A DNA stretch of 64,000 nucleotides from a virus: positions 32,001 to 96,000 of IMG/VR virus record IMGVR_UViG_3300035696_000018, one strand, 5' to 3'. The number at the start of each line of letters is the position of its first letter. The stretch's first letter is position 1. Position numbers and translations under genes: made by a program. Positions 50,945 through 61,102 of the stretch are shown here, piece by piece. Under the pieces are notes generated by a model, which ran no database searches, was not told the origin of the DNA, and was given only the letters and a program-made list of their open reading frames with translations.

Positions 50945-52805
50945 GGCCATCCTCAATAGATTGATTAAGCGTTTCGGGGTATCTCCTATCTCCGACGCCG
51001 ACCCCAAACTCCAGCAGTTACTCCAAAGTGGAGAGCACTTCATCAAAGCCCCTGCCGGTTTCGAACCAGCTATCACAGGTGGTGGATATGAATGGGATGA
51101 CTCCATAAACGGGTATCGTCTCGGACAAAACCAGAAGATTTTCCTCCTACCCAATGGAGTTGCTCTATGGGTTTTCAAGGACATCTTGATTCGAGCCATT
51201 CCTCCCCAAAGTATTCAGAAGTGGGTATCCGCCGACGATGAGTACCCAATGGGAAAGGCAAATGCCTTCTTTATCATTTACGGCAAGTTGACTGGCCAAG
51301 AGTTGGGTCAGAACGAAACCGCTGGCGATGACGTTCCAGACGGTGAAACCGAACCTGGGGATGGTGGTGGATTGGCTACTGCCGATGACGAGAACCAACC
51401 ACATTACTCCAAACAAGACATTCAGAAGATGTTGAAGGGTGAGTTTCCTTCTGACGTTCAACAGCATGGTCCGTCAATGGCAAGTTCTATCCCTGTAGCT
51501 GGTGGAGAAGAAGAGCCTGAATCTGAGGTTCCTATCAGTGGAAAGCCATCCAAGCCATCTGGTGCTATGCCTGACCGCTCCAAAGTCGGGAACAAGCCCG
51601 AAGGCCAGAGCGAGGCAGACAATATCATTCAGACACTTTATAAGCAGGCCAAAGTCAATCCAAAGTTGAAATTGAGCAAGCAAAATCCAATCCGTTTGGA
51701 CTCGGATGCGATTATTGATTTGTACAATCGTGCCAAGACGCTTCCTCCCGAAGACAAAGAGAAGCTTATTGCGTTTCTCAAGAGTGGAGCCGTCAAACCA
51801 TTGGAAGAGGGACACATTACCAAAGCCACTCTCGAAGCCCTGATGGAACATATCGTCAACGGCATCATGCAAGAAGTGGACAACGCTAAAAAAAAGTCCC
51901 GAGAAAAGAAGAAACCAGCTTCGAAGCCAGCTTCAAAACCGTCTAAACCCGAGCATTCCCAAATGGATTGGGAGCCAGGGCAAGAGCAAGGATTTGGTCC
52001 TCAAAGAACCGATTACGAGAAGTGGGTCATAGCAGTTGCCAATAAGCTTTGGAAAGACCCCGAAGACATCGGAAAGGGTCGTCCATCGTGGCAAATCATG
52101 AAAGTGGTAAAGCACCCATCGGGTGATTACTACTTCCTCGGCAAAGAAAAGACAGTTCATCTTCGTCGAGCCATCAAGAGAGCAGACAATAAGTGGTACT
52201 ATCTGGACCCAGATGCCAAGAACCGTGTTGCTGGTCGTGCGTGGATTGAACTTGGAAGGCAACATCCTTCGGACGAGCCATCCATTGAGCAAGAACAGAG
52301 TGCCGCTGGAGCCGCAGGTCCAACCTCGGGTCCGATGACGGTCAAGGACAAAGAAAATCCACTTGAAGAAATGACCACGAGCAGCGGTGGTGGTGGAAGT
52401 TCGGCTGGCACCACGGGCTATATGGTTCCAGGTGCTTTCTCGAATGCGGGTGGAAGTGAGGCGGGAGTTGCGGGGTCCGAAAAGTTGGGATACAAACTTA
52501 CACCTATCGGCAAGCAGGAAATGAGACGGAAGGCCGATAAACTGTACGAATCCGTCAAACACAACTTGAAAATGTTGAAGGAAATGGCTTCGGGTCTCGG
52601 TCCAGATTTTGATAGGGCACAGAGACAATACGATGCTCAAATGCCTCCAGAGTCCGATGACCTTGAATGTCCAAACTGCGGTGGTGAAAGTGGGTTTTAC
52701 ACGGACAAAGGTAATCGAGCGGGTGCTTTTTGGTGGAATGCTGAATGCCCCGATTGTGGTCATACGTGGGGAGATGACAACTTCGACTCACTAAACGATA
52801 GGTAA
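50931..52805 (+). CDS. putative internal head protein (modular, low complexity, C-terminal Zn ribbon)
   Basis: LxE-delimited segments; CPNCG..CPDCG. Confidence 0.5.
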   Translation: MIVDKAILNRLIKRFGVSPISDADPKLQQLLQSGEHFIKAPAGFEPAITGGGYEWDDSINGYRLGQNQKIFLLPNGVALWVFKDILIRAIPPQSIQKWVSADDEYPMGKANAFFIIYGKLTGQELGQNETAGDDVPDGETEPGDGGGLATADDENQPHYSKQDIQKMLKGEFPSDVQQHGPSMASSIPVAGGEEEPESEVPISGKPSKPSGAMPDRSKVGNKPEGQSEADNIIQTLYKQAKVNPKLKLSKQNPIRLDSDAIIDLYNRAKTLPPEDKEKLIAFLKSGAVKPLEEGHITKATLEALMEHIVNGIMQEVDNAKKKSREKKKPASKPASKPSKPEHSQMDWEPGQEQGFGPQRTDYEKWVIAVANKLWKDPEDIGKGRPSWQIMKVVKHPSGDYYFLGKEKTVHLRRAIKRADNKWYYLDPDAKNRVAGRAWIELGRQHPSDEPSIEQEQSAAGAAGPTSGPMTVKDKENPLEEMTTSSGGGGSSAGTTGYMVPGAFSNAGGSEAGVAGSEKLGYKLTPIGKQEMRRKADKLYESVKHNLKMLKEMASGLGPDFDRAQRQYDAQMPPESDDLECPNCGGESGFYTDKGNRAGAFWWNAECPDCGHTWGDDNFDSLNDR

Positions 52806-52809
52806 ACAT

Positions 52810-53136
52810 ATGGCAAAGTTTCAACGCATAAACGAGAACGTTTTCAAGCTGATGCCCGAGGCTCAAGCAGCAATGTCAGCCGAGGAAGTAGCTGCAACGT
52901 GGAAAGACGACGAGAATGGTGAATACATCTGTGTTCTTCCAGACGAGAATCGTGCCTATTACTGTGCCCATCGCAAAGTAATGGAAGAGATTCCAGTTCG
53001 CTATGGAAACATCTGGTCGGGCATCAACGTTTGGATGGACGCTCACGGTTTCTACCCAAACATTTGGAGTGCTAACGACCACGGAAATTTGACACTTTGG
53101 AACCGACGTGGGAAACCGCTCGGCGGATTGGTATAA
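52810..53136 (+). CDS. hypothetical protein
   Basis: 108-aa ORF coupled to the next gene by TAATG. Confidence 0.55.
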   Translation: MAKFQRINENVFKLMPEAQAAMSAEEVAATWKDDENGEYICVLPDENRAYYCAHRKVMEEIPVRYGNIWSGINVWMDAHGFYPNIWSANDHGNLTLWNRRGKPLGGLV

Positions 53137-54020
53137 TGATTAAGCTAACGAGAATCGTAGAGTCTTATGGTGCCGAAGGTCAGCTTTATGACCTCGGGCA
53201 GGACTTTGCTGCTTTTCGTCGCATGATTGATGGTGCCGACCAACAGATTCGTCAACAGTACGAGAAGCAAATCGCAGCCAAATTGGTGGGAAAGCGAGTG
53301 CGTGCCCGTGCGTCCCGTGGGTACAAACAATACGTCAAGGACTATGAGTTCGATGTCACCAAGATTACCCTCGACGATTACTATGACAATTTCGTGGTGG
53401 TAGCCTATGATAGCTCGACTCCAAAGCCAAAAGAGTATTTCCTCAAGTCCGGGTTCAAGATTCAGATTCTCGGACCTGCTACTGGTAAACCGTCTCCGCA
53501 AAAAGGAGGCGACCCACGATTTGAGAAGCCAAAACAGGCCGGACCTATGCCAATCCAGCCAAAGCAGAACCAGGATTTGGCCCAATCTCAACCTATGGCT
53601 TTAGCTCCCGCAACTCCCGCCGCTTCCGCACCGGCGTTGGATGAAGATGGTAGGAACCAAGGAGAAGGACTTTATGATGCCTATGGAGTGGAAGACATCT
53701 CCAACGACATCAAGACGTGGTTGCCAAAGCTTCTGTTGAAGCCTGGAACCTCTATGCGTGACTTTGTTAAGGGATTGGGTTGGGTGAAAGACCTTGGGCG
53801 TGGAACGGTGGTTGCCATGTATGATTTGAGGCTTCCTGGTAACATGATGAAACCAAACGTTAATCAGACTACGATACAGAATTTGCTCGCTCAAGCGAGT
53901 GTTTCCCCGCCACCGGGACAAAGCATTGGAACACGCTATGAAGTGGTCAAACTTGAACCCGACCAGCAAAAAGGTGAGTGGACACTTCGCATAAAGAAGG
54001 TAATGTCAAATGAACAATAA
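53136..54020 (+). CDS. hypothetical head-module protein
   Basis: Start re-called to ATG 53136 (MIKLTRIVE). Confidence 0.55.
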   Translation: MIKLTRIVESYGAEGQLYDLGQDFAAFRRMIDGADQQIRQQYEKQIAAKLVGKRVRARASRGYKQYVKDYEFDVTKITLDDYYDNFVVVAYDSSTPKPKEYFLKSGFKIQILGPATGKPSPQKGGDPRFEKPKQAGPMPIQPKQNQDLAQSQPMALAPATPAASAPALDEDGRNQGEGLYDAYGVEDISNDIKTWLPKLLLKPGTSMRDFVKGLGWVKDLGRGTVVAMYDLRLPGNMMKPNVNQTTIQNLLAQASVSPPPGQSIGTRYEVVKLEPDQQKGEWTLRIKKVMSNEQ

Positions 54021-54636
54021 TGATAAGAAACTCTTAATGGAGTGCATCACTTTCCAAGCAGACGAAAGAATGCTTCGAGAGTCAACAGAGCATCCTAATC
54101 GTCCATTTACGGTGCGGGGAGTCCTGCAACGCAAAGGCAAGAAGAATCAGAACGGGCGTATTTACCCCGACGACATTCTTATCCGTGAGGCGAACAAGTA
54201 TGCTTCAACATTTATTGCAGACCGACGTGCTATGGGCGAATTGGACCATCCCGAATCCTCGGTGGTGAACCTGAAAAACGTCTCACATACGGTTACGGAA
54301 ATGCACTGGGAGGGTGATGACCTTGTTGGTACGGTTGAAGTATTAACCACACCAAATGGCAACATTCTCCGTGAACTTTTCCGAAATGGAATCAAGCTTG
54401 GTATCTCAAGCCGTGGTCTCGGAACCCTCAAAAAGGTCTCGGAAAACGTGGCAATGGTCGGCGACGACTTTGAATTGATTGCCTTCGACTTTGTGTCCAA
54501 TCCATCAACGCAAGGTGCTTTCATGGCCCCAACGGGTGCCATTCCTCTCGCCGAAGGCATTGTCAAAGACCCAATCTCAAGCCGATGGGTCCGCACCGAC
54601 GACATCGTTCGCAACATTCTTTCCGAAATTGGATAA
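54010..54636 (+). CDS. prohead core protease (gp21-like)
   Basis: NQNGRIYP, GELDHP, VSH, TPNG, LGISSRG.G, FDFVSNPS. Confidence 0.93.
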   Translation: MNNNDKKLLMECITFQADERMLRESTEHPNRPFTVRGVLQRKGKKNQNGRIYPDDILIREANKYASTFIADRRAMGELDHPESSVVNLKNVSHTVTEMHWEGDDLVGTVEVLTTPNGNILRELFRNGIKLGISSRGLGTLKKVSENVAMVGDDFELIAFDFVSNPSTQGAFMAPTGAIPLAEGIVKDPISSRWVRTDDIVRNILSEIG

Positions 54637-55964
54637 TGAAAAACCTCACGTCATTCTTAAAGCAATGCATCGCTGAGGTAATCGTCGAACCACGCCCTCA
54701 GCCGCCTCGCAAGATGAAGGGCTTACGCTCTTTGGTCAAGCATTGTGTCGCCGAGGTCATCGTCGAACCTGGAATAACAGCCGAACGCCTGCGTGAACGA
54801 GTCAAAAAGGTTCTCAACAAACGGGTTCACATTGTTGGAAATCCGAAGAAGTTCGACATGAACAAACTTATCAAAGAATGCACTCTTGAAGTTCTCAAGG
54901 AGAGAGTGCTTTCTGAGAACTTTGACCCATTGTCTCAAGGACCAAACATTCCACAAGATAATCCATACCCCGCTTGGAATGCCAAAATGGCTAAACTCGA
55001 AGAGGAAGGCGATTCTTGGGATAGGTATCAAAAAGGATACCAAGCTGGTAAAGCCGACAAAGCTGCCAAAGCCAAGCCCAAGACGGGAATGGAAAATGTA
55101 TTCTCGGTAGGATACAACGATGGGTACAGTGGTAAGAAATCTTCTACACCAGACATGGTTCGTAAGACAATCCGTGAGACTCATCCTCATGGTCGTTATG
55201 CTCAACAGGCGGGGGCTACCCCATTCGAGACACCACAAGACTATGAGGAAATCAAAACCTTCCAAGAAATCCGAGACAGGGAAGACCCGAAAGGTCTCAA
55301 CCACAATCTCACTCTGGAATGCGTTCATTGCGGGAGCGTCCACACATGCCGTTGTTCAGCACCCAAAAGGCGTTTCAAAGGCATATGCGAAACCTGTGCG
55401 AAAGTCCCGCTCAAAGAGTGGGGGACGGAAGAAGACACCATCGCCAAAGTCAAAAAGGAAGTCTATTCGGCGTTGAGGTCACAAGGATTCCAAAAACTCG
55501 GGGACGAACCACGAGACTACATGGAATACTATTTGAATGGATTCGTAACTGTTTCCATCTACATCAGTTTCGATGACCGAAAAGCCCACGTTGAACGCTA
55601 TTACGATAGCGAAATGGTGGACAATATTCCTGGTCATCACATTGACACTGCCATTCCAATTCCGCCTCAATATGACCCGACTTTCTCAAAGAAACTCGTC
55701 GCCGTTTGCGTCAAGTTGAAACAAGCTGCCGCTGGTGATGAATCCCTCTTTGGAGGCATTGATGACATAGAAGAACGTGTTCCAGCAATGGAATGGAAAT
55801 GTCCTCATTGCAAAAAGAAAGCAGGCATCATTCTCGAAGTTGAATCTCCCGCCGATTATGTGGCATTTGCAGACTGCAACCACTGCGGCAAAGAAATCAG
55901 TGACCCCAAGCTGGATAAGGCGATTTACGAGGTCGTACTTCGTCATTACAAAGTTCTGCATTAA
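54636..55964 (+). CDS. putative internal head protein with repeated N-terminal helix and Zn ribbons
   Basis: C[IV]AEVIVEP duplicated; CVHC/CETC and CPHC/CNHC pairs. Confidence 0.5.
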   Translation: MKNLTSFLKQCIAEVIVEPRPQPPRKMKGLRSLVKHCVAEVIVEPGITAERLRERVKKVLNKRVHIVGNPKKFDMNKLIKECTLEVLKERVLSENFDPLSQGPNIPQDNPYPAWNAKMAKLEEEGDSWDRYQKGYQAGKADKAAKAKPKTGMENVFSVGYNDGYSGKKSSTPDMVRKTIRETHPHGRYAQQAGATPFETPQDYEEIKTFQEIRDREDPKGLNHNLTLECVHCGSVHTCRCSAPKRRFKGICETCAKVPLKEWGTEEDTIAKVKKEVYSALRSQGFQKLGDEPRDYMEYYLNGFVTVSIYISFDDRKAHVERYYDSEMVDNIPGHHIDTAIPIPPQYDPTFSKKLVAVCVKLKQAAAGDESLFGGIDDIEERVPAMEWKCPHCKKKAGIILEVESPADYVAFADCNHCGKEISDPKLDKAIYEVVLRHYKVLH

Positions 55965-56011
55965 AATAAGTTGCGGGGCTTCTTCATTCGTTGCTATAAT
56001 ACCCATGTATT

Positions 56012-56962
56012 ATGCAACCATTCCTATTTTCATACGACGATATTTGCCTTCGTCCGAAGCATTCTATCCTGAAATCTCGGGATGATGCCGATACGTCGGT
56101 AAGTTTTGGTGGATTCAGGTTTGGATTGCCCATCATACCCGCCAATATGGTGGACGTTATCTCGCTCGAACGAGCACGGGAGTTGGCCAAAGACGGATAC
56201 ATGTACATCATGCATCGGTTTGGTAACGCTACACAGGAAGCAGTTGACAGCGACCTTGATGGCACCCTCTTAAGCATCAGTATCGGCGTCAAGGATGACG
56301 ACAAACGGTTCCTCGATAAACTGTTTTTGACTCCTGCCTTCATCACTATTGACGTGGCTCATGCGGACCATCAAAACGTGGCAGATATGCTTACCCATCT
56401 CCACAACATATTTGCATGTGGCGGGTGGGCCATGCGTCCGAAATTCATTGCGGGGAACGTAGCTACGGCTGACGGATTCAAGTTTCTTGCCGATGCTGGT
56501 GCCGATGTTGTCAAGGTGGGTATCGGAGGCGGGTCCATCTGTACAACCCGCTACAAGACGGGTTTCCACGTCCCTACGGCCTATTCTGTATGGGAATGCC
56601 GACAAGAGGAAAAGTATCAAGACGTGCCGATTATTGCCGATGGCGGATTGAAGCATTTCGGAGACATCGCCAAGGCATTAACCCTTGGGGCAGATATGGT
56701 TATGTCGGGGAAGTGGTTCGCAGAATGCATTGATTCCCCCGCCAAAATCGAGCATGGAAAGAAGATTTATCGTGGCTCAACCTCTTACGAGGCAAAGGGT
56801 AACAACAATCATGTCGAGGGACAGACGCTTGAAATCGAGCGGGCGTGTACGTATAAAGAACGGCTGGTGGAAATCAAGCAAGCCCTCCAGAGCAGCATAT
56901 CGTACGCTGGCGGGAAAGACCTTTCGGCATTCAACACAGTAAAGTGGTATTTATGGCATTAA
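56012..56962 (+). CDS. guaC: GMP reductase (IMPDH/GMPR family, no CBS domains)
   Basis: [49 protein letters not shown]. Confidence 0.8.
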   Translation: MQPFLFSYDDICLRPKHSILKSRDDADTSVSFGGFRFGLPIIPANMVDVISLERARELAKDGYMYIMHRFGNATQEAVDSDLDGTLLSISIGVKDDDKRFLDKLFLTPAFITIDVAHADHQNVADMLTHLHNIFACGGWAMRPKFIAGNVATADGFKFLADAGADVVKVGIGGGSICTTRYKTGFHVPTAYSVWECRQEEKYQDVPIIADGGLKHFGDIAKALTLGADMVMSGKWFAECIDSPAKIEHGKKIYRGSTSYEAKGNNNHVEGQTLEIERACTYKERLVEIKQALQSSISYAGGKDLSAFNTVKWYLWH

Positions 56963-57261
56963 CACGACGCACATTTCTTCGAAGCCTTGGTGCCTTTGCG
57001 GGTGCCATCGGCATTGGACTGACCGTGACCAGACCCCAACAGGGGTTCCGCACAGACTACTATTCCACTTTCACCGTCAAGGGGCCAGACAACTCCTATT
57101 TGATGGGATACAGGGGTTCCCAGTTCCTTGAAACGGGGTTCGTTTACGCCCCGTACATTCCTCTCTACCGAACTCCCGCAATACACGCTTACGTTCCGCC
57201 CAAGTTCATGGAGAAGTATGCGAACTTGACAAGGGGCAAAAATCTGTTACAATTGGCTTGA
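56953..57261 (+). CDS. twin-arginine signal peptide protein containing a major-capsid-like fragment
   Basis: [22 protein letters not shown]; YLMGYRGSQFLETGFVYAPYIPL. Confidence 0.6.
   Translation: MALTRRTFLRSLGAFAGAIGIGLTVTRPQQGFRTDYYSTFTVKGPDNSYLMGYRGSQFLETGFVYAPYIPLYRTPAIHAYVPPKFMEKYANLTRGKNLLQLA
57226..57253 (+). promoter_or_regulatory. sigma70 promoter (extended -10)
   Basis: TTGACA-16 bp-TACAAT with TG. Confidence 0.55.
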
Positions 57262-57262
57262 A

Positions 57263-57790
57263 ATGAAAAAGCCTGAGCGGATGAAGCAAGAAGCCGAGCG
57301 AATTCTTGCGAAGTTGGAGTTTGTCGCTCGCCACATACGAAATGTGGAAGACAATACCCTGCTTTTGGGCAAAAAACTCATTGAGCGGGGAGATATTGCT
57401 TTGGGCCATAAGCTGATTGCCAATGGTCAGGTTCACGATGCCAGCAAGTTTCACGGCATTGAGTTCGAATATCTATCTCTCAACAATCCCACAGATGAGA
57501 ATAAGCAGTTGAAACTCAAGTTGGCGGTACATCATCACAATACCACCAACCCGCATCACCCCGAATACTGGTCGGGCGGCATCAAAGAAATGCCGAGTGT
57601 GTACGTGGCCGAAATGGTCGCCGATTGGAAGGCCCGTTCAGAAGAATTTGGTTCATCGCTCCGAGATTGGATTGACGAGCACGCAACTAAACGCTTTGGC
57701 TTCACTAAGGAAGACAAAGTGTACGAAGAAATAATGGAGTATGTCAACTTGTTGTGCCAGACTCCGTTTACAGCAGTTACAAACACATGA
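57263..57790 (+). CDS. HD-like phage protein (DUF5662-like)
   Basis: H..HDASKF..HH..NPHHPEYW..EMVADW. Confidence 0.65.
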   Translation: MKKPERMKQEAERILAKLEFVARHIRNVEDNTLLLGKKLIERGDIALGHKLIANGQVHDASKFHGIEFEYLSLNNPTDENKQLKLKLAVHHHNTTNPHHPEYWSGGIKEMPSVYVAEMVADWKARSEEFGSSLRDWIDEHATKRFGFTKEDKVYEEIMEYVNLLCQTPFTAVTNT

Positions 57791-58188
57791 CACCCAAATC
57801 AATAAACCAAGCAGTGGCAGAGCAAGTTGAAAAGCTTGGCTCTGCGAAAGTTGTTGAGTCCGTTGTCGAGAAACTCGTCAATGTGGAACTCACGAAACGG
57901 GCCGACGCCCTCGCAGCGGCCATCAAGTTGGCCGAAGACACTTTGCGGGAACAACGCAAGGCTTCCAAAGCCGACCAAGTTGCCGTCACCACCACAGGGG
58001 AACGGGTCGAGACCTTCTCGCCCAAAGCATATGAAGCCCTCAAGAAGCTGAACGAGAAACTCGCCAAAATCGAGAAGGTCGTTCAGAATGCCACGGAAAA
58101 CGGCGACTGGGGCAAGCTGTATGAACTCGTGAAAAACGGCGGTCAGCAACCCGCAGCCGAGTCCAATGACAGCAACGCAACTGCTTAA
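57787..58188 (+). CDS. hypothetical coiled-coil protein
   Basis: ATGA overlap; biased codons. Confidence 0.55.
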   Translation: MTPKSINQAVAEQVEKLGSAKVVESVVEKLVNVELTKRADALAAAIKLAEDTLREQRKASKADQVAVTTTGERVETFSPKAYEALKKLNEKLAKIEKVVQNATENGDWGKLYELVKNGGQQPAAESNDSNATA

Positions 58189-58504
58189 GGAAGTCAAGGC
58201 AAGGGCAGACGCTCGCATGGATGAAACCGTCGAGCGTCTGCTTCCTCTTGTACGGAATTATCATGCTCACCAAGCATGGCGTGGCGAGTGCCTTTGCCAG
58301 TACTGCCAGTTCATCCGACATGAGTATGTTCCCTACAAGATGCAGATGCACAAACTCAAAAAGCGTATCCGCTATTTGGAGTGGGCGAACAATGATGTAG
58401 ATATTCATATCGCATGGGCCAATGACCAACGGCTTCTGGAAATGACCCTCGAATTGCTTAAGATTAAGCATCACAAAAAGCAACTCAAATCTGGGAATGA
58501 TTGA
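58166..58504 (+). CDS. hypothetical protein
   Basis: CxCxxC; packed ORF. Confidence 0.5.
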   Translation: MTATQLLKEVKARADARMDETVERLLPLVRNYHAHQAWRGECLCQYCQFIRHEYVPYKMQMHKLKKRIRYLEWANNDVDIHIAWANDQRLLEMTLELLKIKHHKKQLKSGND

Positions 58505-58760
58505 CTGGACTCAGACTCCGAAGGAAACCATAGAACGAGGCGAGGAATGGATTCGGGGAGAGGACATTGAGTCCACGACACCCATTCACACTCACCCGCC
58601 TCGCACTTGGCGTTACTACCTTGCTTGGGGCATCATGTTTGCCTTACTTATCACTTTTCTCACGGGCACAGGGTTTGTCATCCTACACAAAGGTCAGAAT
58701 GTCATTCAACGATACATCGAAAAAATCGGTTATGGACTTGACAACCCCGATGGGAAGTGA
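58497..58760 (+). CDS. small membrane protein
   Basis: Single hydrophobic helix. Confidence 0.5.
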   Translation: MIDWTQTPKETIERGEEWIRGEDIESTTPIHTHPPRTWRYYLAWGIMFALLITFLTGTGFVILHKGQNVIQRYIEKIGYGLDNPDGK

Positions 58761-58766
58761 TATATT
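58738..58766 (+). promoter_or_regulatory. sigma70 promoter
   Basis: TTGACA-17 bp-TATATT, with ATG 9 nt downstream. Confidence 0.6.
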
Positions 58767-58775
58767 CCTTCAACT

Positions 58776-59960
58776 ATGATGGATTGGCTCGAAAAAAACA
58801 CAGTTTATGTAACGCTTGGGGGTTCCCAGGCTTACGGACTTGCCAACGAACTTTCGGACGTTGACGTTAAAGGAATCTGTGTGCCCCCGCCCGAAGTGGA
58901 GTATCACCTTTACCACCGCTTCGAGCAGGCACAAAACGTCAAGTGGCTCGAAGAGAAGTTGGCTCACGTCAAGAACCCCAAGAACCCGAAGTTTGAGTCG
59001 GAACTCTACTCGCTTCGCAAGTTCTTCCTCTTGGCCGCAGAAGTCAACCCGAACATCATCGAGTTGCTTTTCACGGACCCGAAGGACCACTTCGTTTGCG
59101 AGCCTCTGATGCAGAAGCTTTTGGCCAACCGCCAACTGTTCCTCTCCAACAAGGCCCGCTATACGTTCGCTGGCTACGCTTGCGACCAAGCCAAGAAAAT
59201 CGAGAGGCACCGCAAGTGGATTGTCATGGGCGAAGTGAAGGAGCCGAATCGTGCCGATTTCGGTCTTCCCGCTGCCCCTCAAAAGGGCTTGGACGAAGTG
59301 TTTGGGCAAATCAAGGCTCAAGTCGAAGAGTGGAATCTCAATCAGTTCCCACTTGACGAACAAGAGCGTGCTGAACTCAAGAACACACTTTGGGACGTGA
59401 TGACGGAATTGGTCGGAACGGAAATCTCGGTGTCCAACTGGCCCGATAAGTACTCCGAAGCGGCCATCCACAAGATGCAGCAGGACTTCAACCTCAGTGA
59501 GGATGTCGTTCGCTATATCTATGCGGAACGTCAGTTCGCCAAGGCCATGCAACTCTACAAGAGTTGGCTGTCTTGGAAGAAAGAACGCAATCCCGCTCGC
59601 CGTGCGTTGGAAGAGAAGAGTGGCTACGACACGAAGCACGCTTCTCACCTTGTCCGACTCATGAGAATGGGTTACGAAATCATCACGACTGGCCAAGTCA
59701 TTGTCAAGCGTCCAGACGCCGAAGAAATCGTCGCCATCAAAAATGGTGCATGGTCCTTTGAGAAAGTCATGGAGTTCAAGGCTGAAATGGAAGCGAAGCT
59801 TGAGGCGGAATACAACCGCCAGAAGGCTCTAATCGCCGAAGGCAAGCCTACACCACTTCCTCGTTCGTCAGACAAGGAAGTGCTGAACAAGCTGTATCAC
59901 GACCTTTACAACGAGTACTGGTCGGACCACAAGCCACTTGACCTTGCGGAATATGGCTGA
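58776..59960 (+). CDS. Pol-beta superfamily nucleotidyltransferase (RlaP/YcgL-like)
   Basis: GSQAYGL....SDVDVKGI; NPNIIELL; YDTKHASHLVRL. Confidence 0.8.
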   Translation: MMDWLEKNTVYVTLGGSQAYGLANELSDVDVKGICVPPPEVEYHLYHRFEQAQNVKWLEEKLAHVKNPKNPKFESELYSLRKFFLLAAEVNPNIIELLFTDPKDHFVCEPLMQKLLANRQLFLSNKARYTFAGYACDQAKKIERHRKWIVMGEVKEPNRADFGLPAAPQKGLDEVFGQIKAQVEEWNLNQFPLDEQERAELKNTLWDVMTELVGTEISVSNWPDKYSEAAIHKMQQDFNLSEDVVRYIYAERQFAKAMQLYKSWLSWKKERNPARRALEEKSGYDTKHASHLVRLMRMGYEIITTGQVIVKRPDAEEIVAIKNGAWSFEKVMEFKAEMEAKLEAEYNRQKALIAEGKPTPLPRSSDKEVLNKLYHDLYNEYWSDHKPLDLAEYG

Positions 59961-60162
59961 GTATCAATATCGGAAAAATGACGGCAAATGGCGTCGGGTT
60001 GAGTCAATGGATGACTTAGCCGACGCCATCTATGATTTAGGCCCACGGGGCACCATAGAAATCAAACAGGTATGCGAACACGAAAAAACTTGGAATGACC
60101 ACGGCATTCGTACCTGTGAAAATTGCGGACAACAACTCGAAGTAACCAGTTACAGAGACTAA
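59953..60162 (+). CDS. small Zn-ribbon protein
   Basis: CEH..CENCG. Confidence 0.5.
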   Translation: MAEYQYRKNDGKWRRVESMDDLADAIYDLGPRGTIEIKQVCEHEKTWNDHGIRTCENCGQQLEVTSYRD

Positions 60163-60163
60163 T

Positions 60164-60994
60164 ATGATTGGAGCAATAATCGGCGACATCATTGGGTCTC
60201 CCTATGAAGGGGGATATAGGCGTTCCGTAACCACCAAGGAATTCCCCCTATTCAGCACGGACTCTCGCTTTACGGATGACAGCGTACTGACGTGTGCAAC
60301 CGCACAGGCGTTGATGCAGCCGTCGCTCTCACCCTATCCTCGACGCTTCGCCCAACAGTACAAACAATGGGCACTCCGTTATCCCGACCGAGGATATGGC
60401 AGCAAGTTCAAAGAGTGGGTTGCGAACCCCAAATTCATAGTGAACCACAGCTATGCCAATGGGTGTATGATGCGGTGCAGCCCGATTGCCATCTTCTACA
60501 ATGACAGAGAAACTGCATTGAAGCGGGCGTTGCAGAGTATTCAATACACTCACTCTTCTCCCGAGTCGGCCCGTGGAGTTCTTTCCATTGTCGAAGCCAT
60601 TTGGATGGCCAGACATGGGGCATCCAAAGAGGAAATCAAAGCCCGAGTTCAAGAGCAATATGGGCACATGCTCAACCTTTCATTGAAAGAACTGCGTGCC
60701 AAGGCATCACGAGACATCCGTTGCAATCTAACGGCTCCCCAGGCATTGATATGCTTTATGGAGTCGAGAGATTACGAGGAAGCGGTTCGTAACGCCGTTT
60801 ACACGTTGGGAGATACTGATACTATTGCGGCAATTGCGGGAGCAATTGCTGAACAATACTACGGGGCTAACTCCATCCCGTCTCGTATAACGTCTCCCGC
60901 CAAGATTCGCCTCAGTTCGGAAATGGACGAGGTAATCAACACATTCTACGCTAAATGTGGGCCTGATAAATTTGGTCAAACTGTTGGACTATGA
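60164..60994 (+). CDS. ADP-ribosylglycohydrolase (ARH/DraG family)
   Basis: GAIIGDIIG, FTDD, NG..MR, TH, GDTDTIAAIAG. Confidence 0.9.
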   Translation: MIGAIIGDIIGSPYEGGYRRSVTTKEFPLFSTDSRFTDDSVLTCATAQALMQPSLSPYPRRFAQQYKQWALRYPDRGYGSKFKEWVANPKFIVNHSYANGCMMRCSPIAIFYNDRETALKRALQSIQYTHSSPESARGVLSIVEAIWMARHGASKEEIKARVQEQYGHMLNLSLKELRAKASRDIRCNLTAPQALICFMESRDYEEAVRNAVYTLGDTDTIAAIAGAIAEQYYGANSIPSRITSPAKIRLSSEMDEVINTFYAKCGPDKFGQTVGL

Positions 60995-61102
60995 ATAGCA
61001 AAGAAGACTTGGCAGCAATGTTCGAGGCACTTTTTCAGGAGAAAGAAGTGGTCAAAAAACCAGAGCCAGAACCAGCACCGGAGGAATGGGAAGAAACGGT
61101 GA

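Noticed and set aside
37192-59696. Long minus-strand ORFs (e.g. 37192..38190, 50339..51199, 51933..52763, 58770..59696)
   Set aside because: Antisense shadows of well-supported + strand genes with no recognisable motifs.
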